Positions 39,101 through 51,100 of a stretch of DNA of 64,000 bases are shown piece by piece (positions within the stretch are counted from its first letter, which is position 1; each line of letters begins with the position of its first letter). The notes beneath the pieces were generated by a model. It was not told the origin of the DNA. It was given only the letters and a program-made list of their open reading frames with translations, and ran no database searches. The translations under genes were made by a program, and so were the position numbers. Source of the DNA: an uncultured Candidatus Binatia bacterium (GTDB taxonomy: Bacteria > Desulfobacterota > Binatia > UBA9968 > JAJDTQ01); assembly GCA_965213675.1 (NCBI GenBank), contig OZ243916.1, positions 3,648,001-3,712,000 on the forward strand, in the 5' to 3' direction.

Positions 39101-42100
39101 GGGTGACGGTCTGATAGCGGTACCAGTTCGACATCGTGAAGGTGAGGACCGAAGGGCTGAAACGGGCGAATCTGTAGTTCACACCCAGATGGATCTCCAC
39201 ATTGCCACGGTTCGGCGGCGCGTTGAGGCGCACCCTGTAGGTTCCCTTGTGCTCTTTCACATCCCGGGTGTGCGGGTTGTCCGCCTCGTACAGGGTGATC
39301 TTGGTGGGCGTATACGTGATGCCGGGGGTGTCGTTGTCCGCGACTTCCACCGTGGCAAAGTCGGGGTCGGCCGGGAAATAGGCGCGCGCGGTCGAGGCTC
39401 CCCGCACCGTTACCTTGACGCCCCCGGCGGGGTCCGAGCCGCTGGTGTCCCGGGTGGCGATGGTCAGCGCCGCCGACGCCTGGCCCGCGGGGATGGTGAG
39501 CGTGCGGTTGCCTTCGTCGGCCGTCGCGATGCGGTCGGCGGCGCCCGCTTCGGCCACGTTCAGGTTCACCGCAAGGGCGCTCGAGGTCACGAGGTTGCGC
39601 GTCACGGTGAACGCGGCGGCGTTGCCCTCGATGACCTCCGCTGCGTCCGCGCTCACGCTCACCGTCGGGTCGTTGTCGTTGATGCGCACCAGCGCCGTGT
39701 CGCGCGCGTAACCCGGGGGCAGGTTGTCCGGGTCGGCATGCAGGCGGAAGCGTTCCCGCTTCTCGACGACGTTGTCGTTCACGATCGGAATGACGAGATC
39801 GATCTCCGTTTGCCCCGCCGCGATTTCCGCGAACTGCGGATATGTCCAGGCTTCCCGGTAATCTTCCCCCACCTTCGCGTTCAGGCTCTCGAACACGAGC
39901 CGGACCAGCACGTCCCGGTCGAGCGCGCGCGAAAGCCGCAGGGTGATCCGGGCCGCCCCCGCCCCCTCGGACACGCTGTATAGGTCTTCAGAGAAGGTCA
40001 GCAGATATTCGTCGTCCACCACCGTCACGCTGAAATCGGCGGCTGAAGGGTCCACCGCCAGGGTGTCGGGGATGTTGGTGCCGGGCGCGCCGTTCAGCAC
40101 CGTCGCCTGCGCGAGCGCGACGGTCACCGTCTCCTCGCGCGGCGTCTCCAGTTGCAGGTCGGTCGCTTCGACCTCCAGGGCCGCGACCTGCGCGCCGGTG
40201 CCTGCGAACACCACCGTGGGCTGCAGGGTGTCCGCGCCCTCGATGCGGACGCCCGTGCCCGAGACCACCGCCAGCGCAGCGAAATCGTCCGCGCTGACGC
40301 CGGCCCCTGCAATCACCAGCGGGATGTCGACGCGCTCGCCCGCCACCAACGCCCTGGAAAGACCCACCGTGAAGGCCATCCTGCCGCCGGCGACCTCCTG
40401 CGCGCCCGGCGCATCCGGCGTGCCCTCGCCGATGCGCGCCGCGCCCGTGCGCGCGAGGGACACGGTCACCGTGCCGGCCTCATCGTCGGTGAGGGTGACC
40501 CCCACACTGGCGATGGCGGGCGTGCTCGGGGTGTAGCGGCTGCCGTCGCCGTCGGCGGCCGAACCGATGCCGTGCGTGATGGTGGCGCTGCGCGCGCTCG
40601 CATTGACCCGATTGTCGTCTTGACCCTGAACGGCGATGGTCTGCGGCGCGTCCCAGTTCGACGGCGTGAAGGTCAGCGCCTCGGTGCGGGTGTAGGTCCC
40701 GGACGCGTCGGGGCCGTCGAGCTTCACCACCGTGTCGTCGCCGGACGCGACGGTGATGACCACGTTGGACAGCGGCTCGGAATCGAGCACCAGCGTGTAG
40801 TCGGCCGTGCCGCCGCCCTCCGATACCCGGTGCGCGGCCTGGGAGACGGTCACGCCGGCGGTGTCGTCGTCGGTGACACGGACGTTCACGCTGCCGGCGT
40901 TGTCGATAGTGTAGTTGCTGTCCGAAGAGCGTGCGGCGTGGGTGAGGGCCACGGTGCGCGCATCACCCGCGTTGTCGATGGCGTCATCGACGCCGAACAC
41001 GTGGACGGTCTGCGCCTTGTGCCAGACCTTCGCGCCGCTCGGCGTGAAGGTGAGCGTCTTCTTCGCGCCCGCCGTGCGCACCCCGCCGCCGGCGTTGTTC
41101 ACGAGCGCGCCTGCGCCCGCGGTCACCGTGACCGTGACGTCGCTCGAGGGCGCGGTGCTCAGCCGGATGCGGTACGCGTCCGTGGTGGTGCCGTCCTCAC
41201 TGACGACGGTGGCGGCCGGTTGGCCGGTTTCGGTGAGGATGACGCGGGGGACGGCATCGTCATCGTCCGTGATCGTCACCGTCGCCGAACCGGCCCTGGT
41301 GGTGCCGGCCGTGCCGAGGCCCGAGACGCGATCGAGGTTGCTCGTGACCGCAATGGCGCGGCTGAAGCCGACCGTGAGCGCCTCCAAGTCGCCCTCGTCT
41401 GCGGTGTCCGGCTGCGCAGTGACGGTGAGGGTGGCCACCTGCACCGCGTTCGAGCCGTGGCCGGTGAACACCACTGCCGGCGCGGCGGCGCTGTAGTACG
41501 GCGCGCGGGTGTGCAGCGTCACGCCGCGGTTCAGACCGCTGCCGGATTTGAGCGCGATGACGTAATCCGCCGCGGTCACGCCCCGGCCCGCAACACCGAG
41601 CGGCACCGTCACCGTCTCGCCCGCCACCAGGTTGCGCCCGAGCGTCACGGTCACGTCCGCCGCGTCGCTGCCGTCCTCGCTCACCGTGCCGCCGCCGCCG
41701 ATGGTCACCGTTGTGGGGTCGTTGTCGACCAGCAACCTTGTGAACGTGTGGTGCCTGGTGGAGACCCGGTAGCCGGTGCCCGGGTCGAGCGTCACCCTCA
41801 GCACGCTGTTCGGCTCGTCCACCGCGTCGTCATCGATGGCGACGTCATGGGTGCCGCTTCTCGAACCCGGCGTCAGTGTGGGACCGGTGAAGGTGCCGAT
41901 GTGGGCGGAATGCGCGATGTCGCCCGTCTGGGTGACGGTGAAGCCGATGTCATCGATGTCGGCGCTCAAGGTGTCCTCGGTCTCGAAAAGCAGGGCCACC
42001 CGCTCCTGTCGCATCGTGCCGTTGTCGTCATGGGTTTGACCTTCGGCGACCGCCGAATTCAAGGTCGCGCTCGTCAACGCCACCGTCGGACGCGGGTCGG

Positions 42101-45100
42101 CGGTGACCGTGGCCTCCACCGAGGCGATGATGGTGCTGATGGGGTAAGCCGCGGTGGCGGTGGTCACCATATGGGTGATGGTGGTCGAGCCGGCCTGCTT
42201 GCCGGTCACCGTCACCGTTTGCGGCTTGGGCCAGTTGCCCGCGTTGAAGGTCAGGGCGCCGCTCACGACAGCGTTCGCCGGGGTGTCGCTGGTCGGCGTC
42301 ACCACCACCGTGCCACCGGGGTCGCTCTCGAGCACGACGGTATAGCGAACGATGGCGTCGCGGTCGGCCACCGACAGCGTCGTGTCCGACACCACCACCC
42401 CGTGCCCGGCGTCGGTGGTGGTCACGGTCACATCGTCGATGGCGAGCAGGTGGTAGCGGTGGTTGCTGTCCGCGGCCACCGCCGAGGAGTGGGAGAGGGT
42501 GACGGTCTCGCCTGCCGCGTCGCCGTCGTTCACCGCGCGCACCGTGACCGTCTGCGCCGCGCTCCAGTTGCCGGCGTTGCCGGGCGTGAAGGTGAGCGTG
42601 CCCTGGGTGCCCGCCGTGGCGCCGTCGGTGCCCACCGTCACGGCGGTGGGGTCGCTTGACGTCACGGTCACGACGACAGTGGCGCCGGGGTCGGAGTCGA
42701 GCACCAGCGTGTACGTCTTCTCGGCGTCATCGGCGTGCCGCTCGGTCAGCGCCAGGGTCGCGGTGGAGAGGGTCACGCCTTCGGGACCCGCGTCATCGTC
42801 GGTAATCGTCACCGTGGCCGTGCCCGTCGGGGTGGTGCCGGCGGTGCCGGAGCCCGTGGCCCGGTCGAGGTTGCTCGCTACCGCCCGGTCGCCGCTGCCG
42901 AAGCCGACCGTGAGCGTCTCGGCGCGCCCCTCGTCATCGGCGTCCTGCTGCCCGGTCACGGTGAGGGTGGCCACGCGCACCGCGTTCGTGTCGTGGCCGG
43001 CGAACACCACCGCCGGCGCGGCCGCACTGTGGGGATTGGCGGTGTCCAGCGTCACGCCGGCGTTCAGGCTGCTGCCGGTCTTGCGCGCGATGGTGTAATC
43101 GGACGCGGCCACGCCGGCGCCCGACACCACAAGCGGCACCGTCACCGTCTCGCCCGCCACCAGATCGCGACCAAGCGTCACCGTCACCTCCGCCGAATCG
43201 CTGCCGTCCTCGGCCACCGTGCCGCCGCCGCCGAGCGTCACCGAGGTGGCGTCGTCGTCGGTGATGTCCACCGTGGCCGCGTCCGGGCTGCCCACCTCGT
43301 AGCCGGTGCCCGGGCTCACCGTCACCTGCACGCCGTCATTCGCCTCGTCCGTGCTGTCGGCCACGGTGTCCACCGTCCAGGTCGCCGTCCCCGAGATGGG
43401 CACGGTGACCGTGGCCTCGCCCTCGTCATCGTCGGCCACGAAGTCGCCGGTCTCGCTGACCTCCAGGTTGACCGTGAGGCTCGCCCGCGGCACCGGGTCC
43501 GCGGTCACCGTGAAGCTCGCCGCCGTGCCCTCGGTGACCGCCGAACCGCCGGTGATCGTGATCGCCGGCGGCGGTTCCCTGACGGTGAGGGTGAAGGAGA
43601 CCTGGCGCGAGGAATCGTGCTGATCATTGAGGGTCATGGTGAAGGTCTCGTCGGGATCGTACACCCCGTCGGCGCGGGCGCGCAATTCCGTCGTGAACGT
43701 GCGGGTGTCGGTATCAAAGTTTTCGCGCCCAACGCAGAAATCCCAGTTCGGGAGCGCGTGCGGGGTGTCCACCAGGACGCATTCGAACGATTGCGCGGTT
43801 CCGGGGTAATTCGCCCCCAGGATGCCGCTGGTCCACGAGTGCGGGATGTTGATGACCGTGAACGTCTTCGTCTCCCCTTCCCTGATCTCCGTGGAGTCGA
43901 TACTCGGCGCGGGGAAGATCGTGACCGCCACGGACCCGATGTCGGTGCTGATGGGGTAGGCCGTCGTCGGGGTGGTGACCGCATGGCTGAGGGTGGCCGA
44001 ACCGGCCTGCTTGCCGGTCACCGTCACCTCTTGCGGCATGGACCAGTTGCCCGAGGTAAATGTCAACGCGCCGCTCACGGTGGCGTTCGCCGGCGTGTCG
44101 CTCGTCGGCGTGACGACCACCGTGCCGCCGGGGTCGCTGCGGAGCACGATGTCATAGGTCGTGGTGTCGTCGCCCGCACTGACCCGGATCGTCGTGGCCG
44201 GCACCACCACCCCGTGGCCGGCGTCGGTGACGGTCACACGCACATTGTCGATGTCGATGCCGTGATACGGGTTGCTGCTGTCGGTGGCCACCGTCGCCGC
44301 GTGGCGGAGGGTAACCGTCTCGCCCACCGTGTCGGCGTCGTTCCGGGCGCGCAGGAGGATCACCCTCTTTGCCTGCCAATTGCCGGAACTGCCGTGGGTC
44401 ACGGTAAACGAGCTCTGGTCGCCCGCCTTCTCGATGTCGGCGTCAATCACCACCGCTGTGGTGTCGTCTGAAGTCACCGTGACGACCACATCGGCACCGG
44501 GGTCGGAGGTGAAGGCCAGCGTATACGTCTCATCGAAGTCGGTCTCGTGCAGCTCGGTGAGCTGCACGCTCGCGGTGGAGACCACAACACCGTGGGTGGG
44601 CGGGTCCGTGATGCTGAATACGGCGAGGCTGTCGGTCTCCTCCGCACCGCCGGCGAGCCCGGTCGGCACGAGGGTGCCGATGTCGATATCGACCGTCTCC
44701 GGGCTCTCCTCGCTGCCGTCCGACACCGCGGTCAGGGTGAGCCTGGCGGTGGTCGCCGTCGCGCCGGAGTTGGGCCCGGTGAAGACCACGCGGGCGGTCC
44801 CGCTGTCGAGATTGTTGTAGACAACACCGGCCGCGGTGGCGCCGACCAGGGTGTAATCCGTGCCGCGCGTCGCCGTGCCGGCGAAGGTGAGCGGCACGGT
44901 CAACGTCTCGCCGCTGACCAGGCCGCGGCCGAGGGTCAGGGTAATATCCCGCGTCCGCCCCTCGGCCAGGTCGCCCGAGGCAGCCGAGGCCAGGGTGACC
45001 GTGGTGGGGTCGTCGTCGGTGATGGTCACCGACGCCGTGCCGGTCGGGGTGGTGCCGGCGGTGCCGGTGCCCGTGGCCCGGTCGAGGTTGCTCGCCACCG

Positions 45101-48100
45101 CCCGGTTGCCGCTGCCGAAGCCGAGGGTGAGCACCTCCGCCGACCGCTCGTCGTCGGTGTCCGACCGCGCGGTGACGGTGAGCGTCGCCACCTGCACCGT
45201 GTTGGTGGCGTGGCCCGCGAACACCACCGCCGGCGCGTCCGCGCTGTGCGGGGTGGTCGTGTTCAACGTCACGCCCTGGTTCAGGTTGCTGCCGGTCTGC
45301 AGCGCGATGGCGTAGTCGGAGGCGGCGATACCCGGCCCGGCAACGCCGAGCGGCACCGTCACCGTCTCGCCGACGCGGAGGTTGCGGCCGAGGGTCACCG
45401 TCACATCCACCGAGTCGCTGCCGTCCTCCTGCACCACGCCGGTGCCCGCCAGCGTCACCGCGGTGGCGTCGTCGTCGAGCACCGCCACGGTGGCCGTGTC
45501 GCTCGCGCCGCTCGCAACCCGGTAGCCGGTGCCGGGGGGCACCGCCACGGTCACGCCGCCATTGGACTCATCCGTGCTGTCGGCCACCGTGTCCACGGTG
45601 TAGGTCGCCCGGCCCGAGGTCCCGACGGTCACCGACTTGCCGCCCGCATCCTCGCTCGCCACGAAGGCGCCGCTCGCGGCGACGTTCAGGTTGACGGTCA
45701 GGTTCGCCCCCGGCGCCGGGCTGGCGGTCACCGTAAAGCTCGCCGCCGTGCCCTCGGTGACCGCAGTGCCGCCGCTGATGGTGATCACCGGGCGCGGGTC
45801 GGCGGTGACCGTCACCGCCACCGGGTCGATGTTGGTGCCGGCCGGATAGTCCGTCGTGGCGGTGGTCACCGTATGGCGGAGGGTGGTCGCCCCCTCGCCC
45901 TTGCCGGTCACCGTCACCGTCTGCGGCACGGACCAGTTGCCCGGGGTGAACGTCAGCGCGCCGCTCACCATCGCCCGGGACGGGTGATCGCTCGCCGGGG
46001 TCACCACCAGCGTGCCGCCGGGGTCGCTCTGCAGCACCAGGGTATAGGTCGCCGTCTCGTCATTCGCCGCCACCGACCGGGTCGACTCCGACACCACCAC
46101 CCCGTGGCCGGCGTCGGTGGTGGTCACGGTCACCGCGTCGATGGCGATACCGTGATAGGGGTGGGTGCTGTCGGACGCCACCGCCGCATTGTGGGTGACG
46201 CGGACGCTCTCGCCGGCCGCGTCGCCGTCATTCACCGCCCGCACCGTCACCGTCCGCACGTCGTTCCAGGTGCCCGCAATGCCATGGGTGAAGGTGAGCG
46301 TGTCCTGGTCGCCCTCCGTGTCGCCGTCGGTGTCCACCCGCACGGCGCTGTTGTCGGCGGAGGTCACGGTCACCACCACCTCCGCGCCCGGGTCGTTGTT
46401 CAGCGCCAGCGTGTAGGTCTTCTCCGCGTCGCTCGGGTGCAGCTCGGTGAGCGCGAGGCTCGCGGTGGAGACCGTGGCCCCGTCCTCCGCCGGGTCCTCG
46501 ATGCTGAACCCGGCCAGGCTGTCAGTGCTGTCGACACCGCCGTCAAGGCCGGTGGGAACGAGCGTGCCGAGGCCGATATCGACGGTCTCCGGGGTCGCCT
46601 CTGCCGTCCCGTCCCTGACCGCCGTCAGGGTGAGGGTAGCGGTGGTCGCCGTCGCCCCGGAGTCCGGGCCGGTGAAGACCACGCTCGCCGTCCCGCTGTC
46701 GAGCTGGTTATAGGCGACGCCGGCCGCCGTCGCACCGACCAGGGTGTAATCCGTGCCGCGCACCGCCGTGCCGGCGAAGGTGAGCGGCACGGTAAGCGCC
46801 TCGCCCTGCACCAGCCCGCGGTCGAGGGTCACGGTAATCTCCCGCGTCTGCCCCTCGCCCAGATCGCCCGAGGCGGCGGCGAGCACCACCCCCGTCGGAT
46901 CATTGTCCGTAACCCGTACGACCAGTTCGCGCGCCTTCTGGTGCTGGAACCTCACATCCGCCGAAGTGGCCGTGTGGGTGACCGAGACCGTCTTGCCCGG
47001 GTCGTCGGCCTCGTCGTCGGTCGCCGTCAACGTGACCGTCTGGCCCGTCTGCCAGTTCGACCGGGTGAAGGTGAGCGTCTTCGTCGCCGCCTGCGTCGGC
47101 GAGCCGGCCGTGCTCACCCTGGCGCCATCGCCGGCGGCGACCGTCACCGTCACATTCTGCGAGGGCCGTCCGGTCGAGCTGTCAAACTGCACGCGGTAAT
47201 TCGCCGTCCCGCCCTCGGTCAGCGCCAGGCTGCGCGTGGAGACCACCAGCTTGTCGGCGTCGACCACACGAAAGAGCGCGCCGCTCTGCCGCCGGTCGGG
47301 CTCGAGGCCGCCGCCGAGATTGGTCAGCGCGGCCGAGGCCAGCCCGCGAAAGTTCACCGTAATGTTTGCATCGGTGCTGTCGTTGGGCGCCCGCTCGGCC
47401 CGGGCGGTCAGGTGCACTGTGGCCGATCGGGGCGTATCGGCACCGCCGGTGAACTCCACGGCATAGACGGCCGAGTTCGGCGGCGTGCGCTGCCCGGCCA
47501 GTTCCGCACTGCCCGGGCCAAACAGCCACACGCCCTCGGCGAGCTTTTGGGTGTCGGAGTTGCGCGCGGCACTGTCCGCCCCGACGGCGTGGACCACCAC
47601 ATCGCGGCGACTGGCCGCTCCGGAGAGAAAATCCCTCGCCCCGGTGGCGAAGCGCAGCGGCACCCGCACCCGCTCGCCGGCGACGAGCTCCCGCCCCAGC
47701 TCCACCACCAGCACACCGGTTCGGCTCTCCACGCCCTCGGTCATCGAGCGGGAACCGCGGAGCGCCACGGAGGTTGGCTCGTCGTCGACCACCTCGATGC
47801 TGCCCGCGCTCCGGTCCGACACCCGGTAGCCCGTGCCGGTGGTGGGGGTCACCGTCAGGGTGCCGTTCGGCGCATCGCCGGCCACATCGATGCTCGCCGC
47901 CGTGATCTCGACGCTGCCGCTGGTCGGCACCACCACCGAGCCCGTCGACGCTGCCGCATGGCCGCGTGTGCCCGACACCTGGTAGTTCACCGTCACCGGC
48001 GCGGCCGGGGGCACGAGCAGACGGACGGTGAAGGTCGCCGCCGTGCCCTCGGGGACCGAGTCCCGCTTCGCCTCGACCCGCACCTCCGGCGTTTCATCGT

Positions 48101-51100
48101 CGAGCAGGCGGAGGGACGTATCGGTGAAGGTGGCGCCGGCCAGGGTCCCGGTCAGGCTGATCGTCTCTTCCGGCTCGCTCAGGGAATCATTCACCGGCGC
48201 CAGCGGGAACTCGACATAGCCGCTCGTTGCACCCTGGCGGAGGGTGATCGTCTGATCCGGAACATTCGCGTAGTCGGTGACCTCCTCCGCACTGTCGCTG
48301 GCCTCGCCCACCCGCACCGTCACCACCTGGTCCGTGTCGAACCGGGATCCATCGTCGATGGTCGCCGTCACCCGCACCGTCTTCGTCCCGCCATTCTCCC
48401 GCACGGCGTCCTGCACGCCGGCGCTGTCCGTATCCGCATCCACCGTCAGGGTGATGGCCGACGGCGACCCGTCATCGTCCACCACCACCACACTCGCCCG
48501 GTCGGAATCGGCGCCCACCGCATAGCCGGCGCCGCCGGCAAGGGTGACCGAGATCGCGCCCGCGGCCTCGGTGGTGGTGTCGTCATCGGTCTCGACCGCG
48601 ATCGTCGCCTGGTCCTCGCCGGCCTTCAGGATCACCTGCCGGTTGCCGGTCTGCCCCGCCGCCGCGACATCGCCTTCCTGCGCGACGCCCAGCGCCACCG
48701 TCAGATCCCGCGCCGGGGCGAAGTCGGCGCTCAGCGTGAACTCGGCATCGTTGCCCTCGCTCACCTCCGTCCCCGCCGCGCGCACGCGCAGCGTCGGCTC
48801 GGCCCCGTCGATGAGCACCTTCGCGACGGAGCGACTCACATCCACGGCATAGCCGTCGCCCGGGAACAGCGTCGCCCGCACCGAGCCGTCGGTCTGGTGG
48901 CTGTCGTTCTCCTCGGTCTGGATCCGCAGCGTCGCGCTCGCGCTGCCGCCCGGCAGCACCAGGCTGTACTCCCGAATCGCGGTCGCGGACACATAGCTGC
49001 CCTGTTGCGTGACGCGGACCTTCAGCGGCAGGTCGTTCTCCACCGTGGCATCGGCGCCGAAGGTGAACACCACCGTCTCGCCCTCATGCACCGACGCGGC
49101 CGCCTCGACGCCGACCGTCACCGGATCGTTGTCGACGATCGCCACCTTCGTCGCGGCGCTCGCGCCCACCTTCGTATGCGCCCCCGCCGTCAGCACCAGC
49201 GTGAAGTGCTCGCTCGAAGTCAGGGACACTGTCATCCAGCGCCCCGACCGTGATCACCTGCCGGCTCGCCCCGCCCGGGGCGAAGGTCAGCGTGCCGCTC
49301 GCGCCGCTGTAGTCGCCTTCCCCGGCGGTGTCGCCGTCGCCGGCCGGAGCAAAGGTCACCGTCGCCGGCAGCAGCGAAGTGGCGCTGCCGCCCTGCGCAA
49401 CGACGACCCCCACCGTGCCGCCCTCGCTCACCCGGTACTGCCCGCTCTGGAAGCCGTATTGCGGCAGGTCGGCGGCGTCGGTGATGGTGCCCACCCCCTC
49501 GTAGTCGGTGGGGTGCAGGAGACCGTGGGTGGACGAGACCAGGCGCACCGTGAACCGGTGGTCCGACTCGTAGACGTTGTCGTCCACCGTCGGCACGGAG
49601 ACCGTGCCGCTGGTCTGCCCCTCGGCGATGGCGACCGCCCCGCCGCGCGACCCGCGAAAATCAGCGGGCGCGGTCGCCCGCGCATGCACCGCGCCGCCGG
49701 TGCCTTCATGAACGGTGTAGCGCACCGTCACACCGCCCGCCGGCGCCGCCTCGGGCAGCGACACCGTAAAGACCATCGCCTCGCCCTCGGCCGCGGACGC
49801 GTCCGAGATGGCGACCCCGACATCATTGTCCAGCACCGTCAGCACCGCCGAGTGGCTCGCGCCCGACGCCGCCACCGCGCCGGTCAGTTGTGTGGCAAGC
49901 GTGGCGTCGGAGAGGTCGCCGAGGGAAACCGTGAGCGTATCGTCCGTGCGGTTGCCGTCATCCAGCCCCGTCGCGGCGAGCAGGACTTCGGCCACCCGCT
50001 CGCTGCCCGCGCCGCCGGTGACGCGCACCTTCGGCGCCGCGGTGGCCGCATCGTGCAGCGACACCCCGGCGCCGGTCGCCGACAGCACCTGCACATGCGG
50101 CTGCGACCCGCCCGGCAGCGACAGGCCGCTGGTCGTCGCGAACGCCAGCGGCACCTCTACCACCTCGCCGGCCACGAGGTCGCGCTCCAGCAGCACCACC
50201 ACCGACCCCGTGTCGCCCGGCGCCTCCTCGAGCAGGCGCACATCGCCGCCAGCCCTGAGCGCGACCGTGAACGGGTTGTCGTCATCGAACAGCGTCAGCG
50301 TCGCCACGTTGTCACCAGCGGCCGGGGTCACCACCTCGCCGAGGTTGGTCGCCAGCCCGCCGGCGGCCAGATCGCCGAGGGTGACCGTGAAGCTGTCGTC
50401 GTCGGTATCGCCGTCGTCCTGGCCCGTCGCGGCCATGGCGACCGTCGCCACCTGCTCGCTGCCGGCGCCGCCGGTGAAGCGCACCGTCGGCGTCGTCGTG
50501 GTCGCGCCGTGCAACGTCACCCCCGTGCCGGCCGCCGACAGCACCTGCACATGCGGCTGGGCCCCGCCCGGCAGCACCACGCCGGTGGGCGAGGCGAAGG
50601 CCAGCGGCACCTCCACGATCTCGCCCGCCGCAAGGTCGCGCTCCAGCGTCACCGTCACCGATGCCGTGTCGCTCGGAAGCTGCTCGACCAAGCTCAGGTC
50701 GCCGCCGCCGGCCAGCGACACCTCGAACGACTCCTGGTTGTCCACCAGCGTCAGCCGCGCCTGGTTGCTGCCGCCGGTCGCCACCGCGCCGCCCGACACC
50801 GTCGTCCCGAGCGCCACCGCGGCGAGGTCGCCGAGCCCGACCGTGAAGGTATCGTCGCTCAGATTGGCATCCACGGTGGCCGTCGCCGCCAGCTCGACCA
50901 AAGCCACCCGCTCGACGCCGGCGCCGCCGGTGAAGCGCACCGTCGGCGTCGTGGTGGTCGCACCTCGCAGGGTCACGCCGGTGCCGCGCGCCGAGACCGC
51001 GACATGCGGCGCCGCCGCGCCGGGCAGCGCCACGCCGTCGGAGGTGGCAAAAGCCAGCGGCACATCCACCATTTCGCCCGCCGCGAGGTCGCGGCCAAGG

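Noticed and set aside
49200-49225. Programmed ribosomal frameshift or homopolymer phase variation
   Set aside because: There is no slippery heptamer or homopolymer run at the site.
27174-49235. Treating the 7353-aa and 4936-aa ORFs as two separate genes
   Set aside because: The duplicate copy shows the break is one extra base in the middle of a domain. The downstream ORF has no signal peptide and the upstream ORF ends in out-of-frame residues.
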